From: an uncultured Chloroflexia bacterium
GTDB taxonomy: Bacteria; Chloroflexota; Ktedonobacteria; Ktedonobacterales; JADMIN01
Reading direction: 5' to 3'
DNA: 64,000 bases
Assembly (NCBI GenBank): GCA_963785845.1
Contig: CAWAWP010000003.1
Coordinates: forward strand, 413,324 to 477,323
The position numbers and the translations under genes were made by a program. This document shows, piece after piece, positions 21,654-31,818 of the stretch. The notes beneath the pieces are model-generated. The model saw only the letters and a program-made list of their open reading frames with translations. It was not told the origin of the DNA and ran no database searches. Each line of letters opens with the position of its first letter. Within the stretch, counting starts at the first letter, position 1.

Positions 21654-23423
21654 CTACGCCTCGCGGACGGTGACGGCGAGGATGTCGGGCGCGCGGCGCA
21701 GCAGCACCGGCGCGATGACACGACTGGCGATCTGGTGCAGCGCGGCGCCGTAGATGACGGCGAGTGGCAGGCTAGCGGCGAACCATTCGCGATGGTCGAG
21801 GGCCAGGGGGAGCAGCAGCGCCAGCGCGACGGGGATCAATAGGATGACGGTGACGCCGAGGCTGACCATCGAGATGATCGCGCGGAGGCAGCCGTTCTCG
21901 CTGGAGACGGTGCTGGTTTCGCCCATACGCATCTGGCGCCAGCGGAAGGGGAAAAGCACCGAGGTGACGTTGCCGCAGCCGAGCATGGTGAGGATCGCGG
22001 CGAAGGCAGCGGCCAGCGCCAGCGGCACATATGCCCAGCCGCCAGTGATCGCCGCGGTGATCAGCGTCAGCGCGACGCCGAGGGTCGCCGCCAGCCCGCC
22101 GACGAAGAGGTTTTTGCCCCAGAGGATGTCGAGCGGCCTGACGGGGAAGAGGAAGAGCGTCTGGAGGCCCTGGCGATCCATGCCGAGCGCGTTGAGGCCG
22201 TATGAGAGCACGACGATCAGCGAGGTCAGCGGCGCGATCAGCACGTACTCGGGTCCGCCGGCGACTCTAGAGCCGTCGTAGCCGTTGCCAAGGACGATCG
22301 GCGCGAGCACGACGAATGAGGCGATGACTACGCTGATCAGCGAGGCTTTGAGCTGCGGGTCGCGCCAGAGGTAGCGCAGGTCTTTGGCGGCGATGGCGAG
22401 CGCGACGTTGGAGATCACGCGGGGCCGGCGCGCCGGCTGAACGGCACGAGCGGCGGGGCGCGCAGCGGCAGCTTCGGAGGGGGCGCTGCCGCGGCGGCGA
22501 GCACGCGAGGTTCCCGCGCCGGAGCTTTCGGCGCTGGTGATGCCACGGTCGAGGATCACCGCCCAGATGGTGAGCAGGATCGGGATCAGCGCGAGCGAGC
22601 CGGCGAGCCAGGGCAGCGCGCCAAGGGGATCGCCGCTATTGGCGGTAACGATCGCCTGGGCGGCCATACCAGGCGGCGTCCATTTGAGGTAGGTGTCGAG
22701 GTGGAATGAGGCGAGCAGAACGTTGGGGTCTGGCGACGTGCCGGGCGTGCCGATGTTGCCGGAGCCGAGCAGCCGTGGAAATATCTGGCCGCTGAGCGAG
22801 CAGATCGAACCGAGCACCGCGAAGACGATTACGGTGAGATCGCGGAAGCGTCGCGAGCGGAGCAGACCCATCAGCGCGGCGAGGATCAACTGGCTGAAGC
22901 CGACGGTGTGCACGTAGGCGACGACCAGCGCAACGGCGGTGATGACGGCGGCGACGGGCGTGACGCTCCAGCCGATGAAGATGGCGACGTAGAGCGCGAT
23001 GAGAAAGATGGAACCGAGGTCGAGCAAGGTGGAAAGCACCAGGCTGACCATTTGCTCGCCGCGGGTCAGCGGGTACATTTGCAGCTTGGTGACGTCGAGG
23101 CCCTCGTTGAGGGAATATTGCAGCAATGGCAGCAACGCCCAGAGCATGTAGAGCAGGATGAGGACGGCGAAGAGCACCTGCGTCGCGGCGGGGCGCGCCA
23201 GATCGGTGTAGGCGATGACGCTGGCGAAGGCGGCTGCCCCGGCTGCGGGAATCAAGAAGAGCAGCCCGATGATCAGCCCGACGAGCTGGCCTTTGCTACG
23301 GGTGAAGCGGCGCAGGGTGAGCTTGAAGCGCAGCCAGAGCAGCGTGCGCACATGCGCGGGATGGATGGCGAAATTGGCGGCGTTCAAGGCGCGACGTGGC
23401 GTGGCGGGGACTATTCCAGCCAA
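21654..23423 (-). CDS. multi-pass ABC transporter permease (ABC-2-like)
   Basis: 589 aa with more than 10 hydrophobic helices. It overlaps the upstream ATPase gene by 13 nt, which fits an operon. Confidence 0.65.
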   Translation of the reverse strand: MAGIVPATPRRALNAANFAIHPAHVRTLLWLRFKLTLRRFTRSKGQLVGLIIGLLFLIPAAGAAAFASVIAYTDLARPAATQVLFAVLILLYMLWALLPLLQYSLNEGLDVTKLQMYPLTRGEQMVSLVLSTLLDLGSIFLIALYVAIFIGWSVTPVAAVITAVALVVAYVHTVGFSQLILAALMGLLRSRRFRDLTVIVFAVLGSICSLSGQIFPRLLGSGNIGTPGTSPDPNVLLASFHLDTYLKWTPPGMAAQAIVTANSGDPLGALPWLAGSLALIPILLTIWAVILDRGITSAESSGAGTSRARRRGSAPSEAAAARPAARAVQPARRPRVISNVALAIAAKDLRYLWRDPQLKASLISVVIASFVVLAPIVLGNGYDGSRVAGGPEYVLIAPLTSLIVVLSYGLNALGMDRQGLQTLFLFPVRPLDILWGKNLFVGGLAATLGVALTLITAAITGGWAYVPLALAAAFAAILTMLGCGNVTSVLFPFRWRQMRMGETSTVSSENGCLRAIISMVSLGVTVILLIPVALALLLPLALDHREWFAASLPLAVIYGAALHQIASRVIAPVLLRRAPDILAVTVREA

Positions 23424-24250
23424 TCGAGACCTCCCTCGCGGGTGTTGGCGCCGATCAGTTGGAGGAAGATGTCTTCGAGGCTGCGGTTGGCGGAGCCGGC
23501 ACGCTGGCGCAGCTCATCGAGCGTGCCTTCGGCGACGAGCGCGCCTTGATTGATGATGCCAACGCGGGTGCAGAGACGCTCGACGACTTCCATGATGTGC
23601 GAGCTGAAGAAGATCGTCGTGCCGGAGGCGGTGAGGTCGCGCAGGATGTCGCGGATGACGCGGGAACTGATCGGGTCGATCCCCTCGAATGGCTCATCGA
23701 GGAAGAGCACCTGCGGACGATGGATCAGCGCGGCGGCGAGGGCGACTTTCTTGCGCATGCCGACCGAGTAGTCGACGACGAGCTTGTTGGCGTCGTCGGC
23801 GAGCATCAGCACGCGGAGCAGCGATTCGGTGCGGTGGCGGACCTCGTCGCGGGGGATGTCGTAGAGGCGCCCGGCGAACTCGATCAGTTCGCGACCCGAG
23901 AGCCGTTCGTAGAGGTTGAGTTGTTCGGGGAGCACGCCCATCTTCGCCTTGGCGGCGAGCGGATCGCGCCAGACGTCCACGCCGCCGACGTAGGCCGCGC
24001 CGTAGGTGGGGCGCAGCAAGCCGACGAGCATCTTGATGGTGGTGGATTTGCCGGCGCCGTTGGGGCCGAGGAAGCCGAAGAACTCGCCGCGACGCACGAC
24101 GAGGCTGAGTCCGTTGACGGCGACCTTCTGGCCGAAGGTTTTGGTGAGGCCCCAGGTGGCGATGGCAGCGTCGGGCGGGAACGCGGGCGCGACGGGCGCG
24201 GCGGGATAGGGCGCCGGCACGCCCGCGGGTGTCTGAGGTGGCGTCGTCAC
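23411..24250 (-). CDS. ABC transporter ATP-binding protein
   Basis: Walker A GPNGAGKST, a signature-like YSVGMRKK, Walker B LFLDEP and an H-loop SSH. GTG start at 24250 preceded by GGAG. Confidence 0.9.
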   Translation of the reverse strand: MTTPPQTPAGVPAPYPAAPVAPAFPPDAAIATWGLTKTFGQKVAVNGLSLVVRRGEFFGFLGPNGAGKSTTIKMLVGLLRPTYGAAYVGGVDVWRDPLAAKAKMGVLPEQLNLYERLSGRELIEFAGRLYDIPRDEVRHRTESLLRVLMLADDANKLVVDYSVGMRKKVALAAALIHRPQVLFLDEPFEGIDPISSRVIRDILRDLTASGTTIFFSSHIMEVVERLCTRVGIINQGALVAEGTLDELRQRAGSANRSLEDIFLQLIGANTREGGLDWLE

Positions 24251-24470
24251 AGCGGTCTCCTCAAGAAGTACGAACCCGTTGATGAGGCGTGTCTGCACGG
24301 CACGTGGAGCATTGTAGCATCCCCAAACGGAGCGCACCCTGGCTACCGCACTCGTCTCGTGGCAATCTACGGGCGGTGAGGGGTGCGTGTTGCGGCGAGG
24401 ATGCCAGCACTCCCGCTCTGCGTGGAGCACCAGGTTTGGGCATTGGCGCTGCGAGAGTGCTGGTTAGGTG

Positions 24471-24806
24471 CTAGCGAGGCAGCCGTTGCATTTCGCGCTC
24501 GATCTCGCCCTCGGTGATCTGGTTGCCGCGATAGGTGGTATAGCCGTGCATGACGATACCGATGCCCCAGAATCCGATGACCCAAACGGGCCAGAAGTAG
24601 CCTGACCCAGTGAATGCCCAGATCAACACCAACATGGTGTTGACGAGCAGGTAGACCACCAGGTGCACTTTGAAGTCGTTCTTCTCACGGATGCGCTGGA
24701 TGGCGAGTTGGCGCTGCTGCATGGTGTCGGGCGCGGTTGGCGGTTGCTCTGGCGGGGTATACGTAGGTGTCGGTTGCATTGGAGCCTCCTGTGGCGGCGG
24801 ATCCAC
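24471..24806 (-). CDS. 2TM domain-containing protein
   Basis: NDFKVHLVVYLLVNTMLVLIWAFTGSGYFWPVWVIGFWGIGIVMHGY matches the 2TM domain pattern. The N-terminus is Pro-rich. Confidence 0.6.
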   Translation of the reverse strand: MDPPPQEAPMQPTPTYTPPEQPPTAPDTMQQRQLAIQRIREKNDFKVHLVVYLLVNTMLVLIWAFTGSGYFWPVWVIGFWGIGIVMHGYTTYRGNQITEGEIEREMQRLPR

Positions 24807-25015
24807 GCCGCCTCACGGCTGATCGCTCCATAAGCGGCTGAGCCGTTGACGAACTGAGGGATCTCGCGCATCTTGGCGCGCTCTCCCCTCACTCCCGCTT
24901 TCTACCGCGGCGGTGTCTCAGGGGCATCGCGCACAGGGGGATGCGGCTCCCGGCGCGGTCACACTCCCGTGCAATCTTGGAGCGTCAGATGGTCGCCGCC
25001 CGACGCCTTCCGTCC

Positions 25016-26623
25016 TTACATGCGGAAGACGCCGAAGCGGGTCTCGGGGATCGGGGCGTTGAGGGCGGCGGCGATGCCGAGGGCGAGCGTCGCGCGCGTC
25101 TCTAGCGGGTCGAGGATGCCGTCGTCCCAGAGGCGCGCGGTGCTGTAGTAGGGGCTGCCCTCCTGCTCGTACTTCGCCAGGATCGGCGCCTTGAACGCGT
25201 CTTGCTCCTTGGGCGACATCGTCTTGCCGCGCGCCTCAAGACCATCCATGCGAACGGTGAGCAGCGTATTCGCCGCCTGCTCGCCGCCCATGACCGAGAT
25301 GCGCGCGTTGGGCCACATCCAGAGCTGGCGGGGGCCATAGGCGCGACCGCACATGCCGTAATTGCCCGCGCCGAAGGAGCCGCCGAGGATCACGGTGAAT
25401 TTGGGCACGGCGGCGTTGGCGACGGCCATCACCATCTTGGCGCCGTCTCTGGCGATGCCGCCGTTTTCGTATTGCTTGCCGACCATGAAGCCGGTGATGT
25501 TCTGCAGAAAGACCAGGGGCGTCTTGCGCTGGCAGCAGAGCTCGATGAAGTGCGCCGCTTTCAGCGCGCTCTCGGAGAAGAGGATGCCGTTGTTGGCGAC
25601 GATGCCGACGGGGTAGCCCATCAGCCGGGCGAAGCCACAGACCAGCGTGGTGCCGTAGAGTTCCTTGAACTCGTGGAAACGGCTACCATCCACCAACCGC
25701 GCGATGATCTCACGGACGTCGAACGATTTGCGCGGGTCGCGCGGGATGATGCCGTAGAGGTCGCGCGCATCGTACTTCGGCGGCTCCGGCGGCAGCACGT
25801 CCCAGGGATAGTCTTTGCGGCGATTGAGGTTGCTGACGATCGAGCGGACGATGGCGAGCGCGTGGAGATCGTTGAGCGCGAGGTGATCGCTGACGCCGGA
25901 GCGCCGCGTGTGCACGTCCGCGCCGCCGAGATCTTCGGCGCTGACTTCTTCGCCGGTCGCGGCCTTTACCAGCGGCGGGCCCGCGAGGAAGATCGTGCCG
26001 GTGCCGCGGACGATCACCGTCTCGTCGGCCATGGCGGGGATGTAGGCGCCGCCGGCGGTGCAGGAGCCCATGACGGCGGCGATCTGCGGGATGCCTTTGG
26101 CGGACATCTGCGCCTCGTTGTAGAAGATGCGCCCGAAGTGCTCGCGGTCGGGAAAGACATCGGCTTGGAGCGGCAGGAACGCTCCGCCGGAATCGACGAG
26201 GTAGATGCAGGGGAGGCCGTTCTGCTCGGCGATCTCCTGGGCACGCAGGTGCTTTTTGACGGTGATGGGGAAGTAGGTGCCGCCCTTGACGGTGGCGTCG
26301 TTGGCGATGATCATGCACTCTTGCCCCTCGACCACGCCGATGCCGGTGACGATGCCGGCGGCGGGGGCGTCGCCGTCGTACATCTCCCAGGCGGCAAGCG
26401 GATTGAATTCGAGGAAAGGCGTCTCAGGGTCGCAGAGGCGCTCGATGCGCTCGCGCGGGAGCAGCTTTTCGCGGGCACGATGCTTGGCGATGGCCGCGTC
26501 GCCGCCGCCCTGGCGCGCCAGTTCGACGCGCGCGCGCAACTCGGCGACCAACCCCTCGAAGGTGGCGCGGTTCTCCAGATACTCGGGGCTGGCATGATTG
26601 ATGTGGGATTCGAGCACGGCCAT
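25016..26623 (-). CDS. acyl-CoA carboxylase carboxyltransferase beta subunit (methylcrotonoyl-CoA carboxylase beta-like)
   Basis: Full-length similarity by eye to MccB/PccB: [52 protein letters not shown] and [11 protein letters not shown]. Start set at MAVLES. Confidence 0.9.
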   Translation of the reverse strand: MAVLESHINHASPEYLENRATFEGLVAELRARVELARQGGGDAAIAKHRAREKLLPRERIERLCDPETPFLEFNPLAAWEMYDGDAPAAGIVTGIGVVEGQECMIIANDATVKGGTYFPITVKKHLRAQEIAEQNGLPCIYLVDSGGAFLPLQADVFPDREHFGRIFYNEAQMSAKGIPQIAAVMGSCTAGGAYIPAMADETVIVRGTGTIFLAGPPLVKAATGEEVSAEDLGGADVHTRRSGVSDHLALNDLHALAIVRSIVSNLNRRKDYPWDVLPPEPPKYDARDLYGIIPRDPRKSFDVREIIARLVDGSRFHEFKELYGTTLVCGFARLMGYPVGIVANNGILFSESALKAAHFIELCCQRKTPLVFLQNITGFMVGKQYENGGIARDGAKMVMAVANAAVPKFTVILGGSFGAGNYGMCGRAYGPRQLWMWPNARISVMGGEQAANTLLTVRMDGLEARGKTMSPKEQDAFKAPILAKYEQEGSPYYSTARLWDDGILDPLETRATLALGIAAALNAPIPETRFGVFRM

Positions 26624-26823
26624 TCGCAGGTCACTCCTTCGTGACGGGTTTGGGATTTGACTACAGAGGACAGTGCGGGCACGGAGAGCAGCGGAGAGGT
26701 ACATTCCTAAAGAGTATCGCACGGCGAGCGGTGTGTCGTGCGGCGAGGCTTTGCGGGTGATGGCACCGCTCTACTGGGAAGCGCGGCAGGACGTGCGGCT
26801 GCGCGGCACGAAGGAGCACGACG

Positions 26824-27264
26824 ATGGGACGCTACAAGTCGGCGCAGGCGGTGTTTCGCGGCGGGATGCGCTTCGACATCACCGGCAACTCTGGGCATAC
26901 TCTGACGGTGGATACGCCGGTGGAGGAGGGTGGCGAGAACGCGGGATTCAGCCCGATCGAGCTGCTGCTGCTGGGTCTGGCGGGCTGCACCGGCATGGAT
27001 GTGATCTCGATCCTGAAGAAGAAGCGGCAGGAGGTGACGGGCTACGAGGTCAACGTCCACGGCACGCGCCGCGCCGAGCACCCGATGACCTACGAGCAGA
27101 TCACCGTCGAGCACGTCGTCACCGGCCACCACATCGATCCCGCGGCGGTGGCGCATGCCATCGAGCTCTCATCCTCGAAGTACTGTGGCGTGAGCAACAC
27201 GCTGAACAAGACGGCGACGATCGTGGAGAGCTATCGCATCGTCGAGGCCGAGGCGACAAAGTAG
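26824..27264 (+). CDS. OsmC family peroxiredoxin-like protein
   Basis: ENAGFSPIELLLLGLAGCTGMDV and SSKYCGVSNTL are the two OsmC Cys motifs. Confidence 0.9.
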   Translation: MGRYKSAQAVFRGGMRFDITGNSGHTLTVDTPVEEGGENAGFSPIELLLLGLAGCTGMDVISILKKKRQEVTGYEVNVHGTRRAEHPMTYEQITVEHVVTGHHIDPAAVAHAIELSSSKYCGVSNTLNKTATIVESYRIVEAEATK

Positions 27265-27432
27265 CGCGAGCGCGCTATGTCTCGCACGGGATAGTGGCCG
27301 GGGTCAGCGCGTCACGCCTAAGAAGCAGCGATCAGCGGACACCTTCGGGCACGATCGCGCTCACCAACACCTGACCGATTTCGTCAACATCCAGTCCTGC
27401 GCGCATTGCTTGTGCTTGTCCTAAACGCGTTC

Positions 27433-27849
27433 TTAGGCTTGTGCGCGAACCCGCTGCCGCGCGGCATTCGTCCCGGCGATGCTCGCCACGAGCGCCAGCG
27501 CGACGGCCGGTGCGAAGAATACGCCGATGCTGAGCAGGGCGAGCAGCGACGTACAAGAAAGCAGGGCGGTGCACGTCCACAGCAAGACCAGCAACGGGCG
27601 ACAACGGACAGGCTGTGCACGTCGCGAAGAGGGCGACGCCGAGTGATGACACGCCAAACAGCACGATGGCGAGCGAGAGACTTGCCAGTCCCTGCTCTTG
27701 CACGAGGCTGATGGGGAAGCAGCCAGACCGCTATCGGGCAGGAAAGTGTCGATACACTGCGTGCCGAGCGGGGCGAAGAGGGCGATGCCGAGCGCGACCA
27801 AGCCAAGCACCCCAGCGAGCGCGCCGGTAACAGGTTCGAGTAGCCACAT
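27433..27849 (-). CDS. hypothetical membrane protein, possibly frameshifted
   Basis: TM-like segments lie at both ends of this frame. The hydrophobic middle part appears in another frame instead (track ORF 27332..27703). Confidence 0.3.
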   Translation of the reverse strand: MWLLEPVTGALAGVLGLVALGIALFAPLGTQCIDTFLPDSGLAASPSASCKSRDWQVSRSPSCCLACHHSASPSSRRAQPVRCRPLLVLLWTCTALLSCTSLLALLSIGVFFAPAVALALVASIAGTNAARQRVRAQA

Positions 27850-28169
27850 CGGAGCACCCTCCCTCGGGCTGAGTCTCTCAAGCAACGCTCAGCGTCCGCT
27901 CGTCACTTAGGCAGTTTACTGCGCCGCCCGAAGGGGCAACCGCTTTGCGTGAGCAGCGGCAGAATGCGAAAACGTGGTGGCGCACTGTGGTGCGGCGTGC
28001 GGGCATGATTGCGTACACGGGGACGCCAAGTCATCGCTACGAGTCACGGTGGCCTCCGCGGCGTGGTGCATTGACACTCAGGCGCTATGCCCAAAGCAGG
28101 CGAAGCCGCACCGCATTCTGACTGCACGCCGCAAATAACGCGAGCGCTGGCGTGGCAATGGCCGAACGA

Positions 28170-28199
28170 TTGGACATGCACTGGCGCATAGAGTAAAAT
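28170..28199 (+). promoter_or_regulatory. candidate promoter TTGGAC-18-TAAAAT upstream of tRNA-Gln/glmU
   Basis: Sigma-70-like hexamers in an AT-richer patch about 125 nt upstream of the tRNA. Confidence 0.35.
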
Positions 28200-28324
28200 G
28201 AACCACGAGAGCCTTGTTTCCCAGAGGGTACCAGAGGTGCGTAGACTGCGCCCATGGGACACGGGACCGCGGGCGATCGAGAATCGGTTGCTTGTCGCGA
28301 GTGGGCTTGAAGCCTTGCTTTCAT

Positions 28325-28398
28325 TCGGGCGTGGCCAAGCGGTAAGGCAGTGGACTTTGGATCCACCATCCCAGGTTCGAATCCTGGCGCCCGAGCCA
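28325..28398 (+). tRNA. tRNA-Gln (anticodon UUG), CCA encoded
   Basis: Manual cloverleaf: acceptor TCGGGCG/CGCCCGA, D arm GCC-AAGCGGTAA-GGC, anticodon arm GTGGA-CTTTGGA-TCCAC, T arm CCAGG-TTCGAAT-CCTGG, then G-CCA. Confidence 0.9.
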
Positions 28399-28465
28399 CC
28401 TCTCTGCCACCTGTAGTTCATTTTTCGAGGAGCGGTTCTTCCTGAGTACGCGTCGTATCGGTGTC

Positions 28466-30091
28466 GTGGTGCTGGCCGCCGGCAAGGGAACGCGCATGCG
28501 TTCGCGCTTCCCCAAAGTCACGCATGCGCTCGGCGGCCGGCCAATGCTCGAACATGTGCTGCGCGTCGCGCACGAAGCGGTGGCGGGCAGTTCAGCGGAC
28601 CCCGCGCCCGCGACGCCTTCTGACCCCCCAGCCGACGCGGAGGATCATAGTACCTCGGGCGCCGCACGGTCGCCTACTCCGTATGTCGTCATCGTCGGCC
28701 ACGAGCACGAGCAGGTGCGTGCCGCCGTGCGCTGGATGCCACCCGACGCCACGCTGGTCTACGTCACGCAGGAGCCACAATGCGGCACCGGCGATGCCGT
28801 CCGTCATGCCGAAGCAGCGTTGCGCGCCGCGGAACCCGCGCCCGAGACCATCCTCGTGCTCTATGGCGACACGCCGCTCGTGCGCCCCGAGACGCTGCGC
28901 GCCCTGCTCGCGCGCCACCACGAGACCGGCGCGGCGCTGACCATCCTCACCGGCTTCGCGCCAGACCCCGACGGCTACGGGCGCATCATCCGTGATAAAG
29001 ACAACCAGATCAGCGGCATCGTCGAGGCTCGCCATGCCTCGGCAGAGGTCTTGCGAGTCGCCGAGATTAACTCCGGAGTGTGTTGCTTCGACGCCGCCTG
29101 GCTCTGGCCGCATCTGTCCGGACTTGCGCCCCACGAGAACGGCGAATTCTACCTCACCGATCTCGTCGGCATCGCCCTCGACGAGGGCCGCCACGTCGCC
29201 AGCGCCGAAGCGCAGTATGAGGAGACCATGGGCATCAACGACCGCGTTCAACTTGCCGAGGCCGAGGGCGTATTGCGCCGTCGTCTCCTGCAGGCGCTGA
29301 TGCGCTCGGGCGTCACCATCGAAGACCCTGCGTCGACCTATGTAGACGCCGGCGTCCGTGTCGGCGCCGATACCATCCTGCGGCCAGGGACCACGCTGCG
29401 CGGTGACACCGTGATCGGCGAGGGCTGCGAGATCGGCCCCAACAGTCTCGTGCGCGATAGCCTGATTGGCGATGGCTGCCGCGTGCTCGCCTCCTGGGTC
29501 GAGAGCGCCGTCATGGAGGCTGGTTCGCGCGTCGGCCCGATGAGTCACCTGCGCCCTGGCGCGCGGCTCCTGGCCGGCGCTCAGCTCGGCAATTTCGCCG
29601 AGGTCAAGAACGCCACCATTGGCGAGCGTGTGCACATGCATCATTTCAGCTACGTCGGCGATGCTACGGTCGGCGCGGAGGCGAACATCGGCGCCGGCGC
29701 GATCACGATGAACTTCGACGGTCGCGAAAAGCATCACACGGAGATCGGGGAGCGCGCGTTCATCGGCTCCGACACGCTCTTGCGCGCCCCTGTGACCGTC
29801 GGCGACGGTGCGGCGACCGGCGGTGGCGCGGTGGTTACACGCGATGTGCCGCCCGGCAAACTGGTCGTCGGCATGCCCGCGCGCCAGATCCGGCGCGTCG
29901 CATCGGCAGCGTCGGCAACCACACCGCCCGGGAGCGTGACGGAGCGCGCCGCTCTCACGTCACGTATGCAACAGGCGCACGAGGCGCAATTGGCACCACG
30001 CGGCGAACCACCCGGCGAACCACCCGAAGAACGTGCATCCTCACCGGCCCAGCGAGACGAAGATCCCGCCGCGCCGGAGACGATGGAGTAG
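28466..30091 (+). CDS. glmU: bifunctional UDP-N-acetylglucosamine pyrophosphorylase / glucosamine-1-phosphate N-acetyltransferase
   Basis: LAAGKGTRM, LYGDTPL and a long left-handed beta-helix hexapeptide region. The true start may be up to 24 nt upstream (CTG 28442 after GAGGAG). There is an N-terminal low-complexity insert and a ~60-aa acidic/Pro C-terminal tail. Confidence 0.9.
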   Translation: MVLAAGKGTRMRSRFPKVTHALGGRPMLEHVLRVAHEAVAGSSADPAPATPSDPPADAEDHSTSGAARSPTPYVVIVGHEHEQVRAAVRWMPPDATLVYVTQEPQCGTGDAVRHAEAALRAAEPAPETILVLYGDTPLVRPETLRALLARHHETGAALTILTGFAPDPDGYGRIIRDKDNQISGIVEARHASAEVLRVAEINSGVCCFDAAWLWPHLSGLAPHENGEFYLTDLVGIALDEGRHVASAEAQYEETMGINDRVQLAEAEGVLRRRLLQALMRSGVTIEDPASTYVDAGVRVGADTILRPGTTLRGDTVIGEGCEIGPNSLVRDSLIGDGCRVLASWVESAVMEAGSRVGPMSHLRPGARLLAGAQLGNFAEVKNATIGERVHMHHFSYVGDATVGAEANIGAGAITMNFDGREKHHTEIGERAFIGSDTLLRAPVTVGDGAATGGGAVVTRDVPPGKLVVGMPARQIRRVASAASATTPPGSVTERAALTSRMQQAHEAQLAPRGEPPGEPPEERASSPAQRDEDPAAPETME

Positions 30092-30099
30092 CAAGCGTA

Positions 30100-31818
30100 A
30101 TGGACGATCCTGGTTGGTCGAGTCACTTTCTTTCGAGCCTCGCCTCTGCCGCCCACCCCTTCACCGGCAGCGATTGGCTCCTCTTGATCGCGCTGCTGAT
30201 CGCGCTGTTCTTCGCGGGCTTCTCCGCGGCCGCCGAGACGGCGCTCACCTCTGTCAATCGGCTGCGCATCCGTAACGACGCCGAGGAGGGCGACAGCGCT
30301 GCCGCGCGCATCCTGCGCCTGATTGAGAAGCCGGAACGCTTCCTGTCGGCGATCCTGGTTACCAGCAACGTCGCCGTCATCACCGCTTCCACGGTCGCCA
30401 CGATCCTCGCCATCAATCTCTTCGGCGACACGGGCGGCTTCGTCTCTACGATCGTGCTTTCGCTGATCGTGTTGATTTTCTGCGAGATTACCCCCAAGAC
30501 CTGGGCGGTGCAGGCACCGGAGCGCCGCGCGCGCATCTTCATCGGCCCGGTGGAGATTCTCAGCCGCGTGTTGGGTCCGCTGGTGCGGGTGCTGATGTTC
30601 CTTACCAATGGTCTGGTACGGCTCCTCGGCGGCGAAACCGTCAAGCGCGGCCCATTCGTCACCGAGGACGAACTACGCCTGCTGGTGGAGGTTGGCGAAC
30701 AAGAGGGCGTGCTCGAAGAAGAAGAGCGCGAGATGATCCACAACGTCTTCGAGCTGGCCGACACCGCGGTCCGTGAGGTGATGGTGCCGCGCCCCGACAT
30801 GATCACCGTCGAGGCCGACGCCACGCTCGACGACGCCATGAAGATCATCGTCGAGGGCGGCCAATCGCGCATTCCCGTCTACTCCGACTCGATCGACGAT
30901 ATCATCGGCGTGCTCTATGCCAAAGACCTGCTCCGCGTCCTCACGCTCCACGAGCGCCCGCCGTCGGTGCGCTCGCTCGTGCGACAGGCATACTTCGTCC
31001 CTGAATCCAAGCGCCTGGACGATCTGTTGCGCGAGATGCAGCAGCAGCGCGTCCACATGGCGATCGTCGTCGACGAGTATGGCTCGGTCGCCGGCCTCGT
31101 CACCATCGAAGACCTGGTGGAACAGATCATCGGGGACATCCAGGATGAATATGACCGCGAGGAACAGCTCTTCGAGCGCATCAGCGACAACGAGTTCATT
31201 GTCGACGCGAAGATCAGCCTCGACGAACTCGACGAACTGCTCGACGCCAAGCTCGCCAGTGAGGACTACGAAACGCTCGGTGGGCTGATCTACGCCAAGC
31301 TCGACAAGATCCCTTCCGCGGGCGATACCGTCTCGCAGGGCGACCTTACTTTCACCGTTCTAGGCACCAAAGGGCGCCGCGTCACCAAAGTGCGTGTCGT
31401 CCGCGTGACCCCCGGCGCGCCCACGGATGCTGGCGACGCCGCGGCAACCGACGAAGATCATCTTCCGCACGCACCCAACGACACACCTCCCAGCCACGAT
31501 GCGGAGACGCACAACGATGATCACGCGGACGGCAGCGGCACCCGCGCCCTGCTCGCCGCGCATGATGAGCGTGAGCGCGCGGCAAGGCCCGAGTACCTCG
31601 GCTTCACCTCACCGCCGCACTTCGAACTGACAGCCGAGCCCCTCTCCCCTGCGCTCGATGCGCCGCTAGACATGTCGTCCGACACGCCGCCCGATGTGCC
31701 GCCCGATGTATCACCCGCTGCGCCAGCCGCGCGCGAAGAAACGCTCTCGCGTCCGGCACGCCCGCGCGCGTCCGCCCATCACGCTCAGGGACGCGCTGGA
31801 GCGCCGCGACGCCGCTGA
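30100..31818 (+). CDS. CNNM/TlyC-family protein (DUF21 + CBS pair + CorC_HlyC) with long Pro/Asp-rich C-terminal tail
   Basis: N-terminal DUF21 TM helices, CBS-pair region (VMVPRPDM..IPVY..IIGVLYAKDLL) and CorC_HlyC region (DELDELL..YETLGGLIY). About 130 aa of low-complexity tail. Confidence 0.85.
   Translation: MDDPGWSSHFLSSLASAAHPFTGSDWLLLIALLIALFFAGFSAAAETALTSVNRLRIRNDAEEGDSAAARILRLIEKPERFLSAILVTSNVAVITASTVATILAINLFGDTGGFVSTIVLSLIVLIFCEITPKTWAVQAPERRARIFIGPVEILSRVLGPLVRVLMFLTNGLVRLLGGETVKRGPFVTEDELRLLVEVGEQEGVLEEEEREMIHNVFELADTAVREVMVPRPDMITVEADATLDDAMKIIVEGGQSRIPVYSDSIDDIIGVLYAKDLLRVLTLHERPPSVRSLVRQAYFVPESKRLDDLLREMQQQRVHMAIVVDEYGSVAGLVTIEDLVEQIIGDIQDEYDREEQLFERISDNEFIVDAKISLDELDELLDAKLASEDYETLGGLIYAKLDKIPSAGDTVSQGDLTFTVLGTKGRRVTKVRVVRVTPGAPTDAGDAAATDEDHLPHAPNDTPPSHDAETHNDDHADGSGTRALLAAHDERERAARPEYLGFTSPPHFELTAEPLSPALDAPLDMSSDTPPDVPPDVSPAAPAAREETLSRPARPRASAHHAQGRAGAPRRR

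Noticed and set aside
25202-26644. 480-aa plus-strand ORF
   Set aside because: It is antisense to the carboxyltransferase beta-subunit gene.
28200-28324. glmS-ribozyme, T-box or second tRNA in the leader before tRNA-Gln/glmU
   Set aside because: I could find no conserved core sequences of these RNAs and no cloverleaf.
27900-28420. Integrase or mobile element at the tRNA-Gln locus
   Set aside because: There is no recombinase-like ORF and no direct repeat of the tRNA 3' end nearby. The flanking genes are housekeeping.
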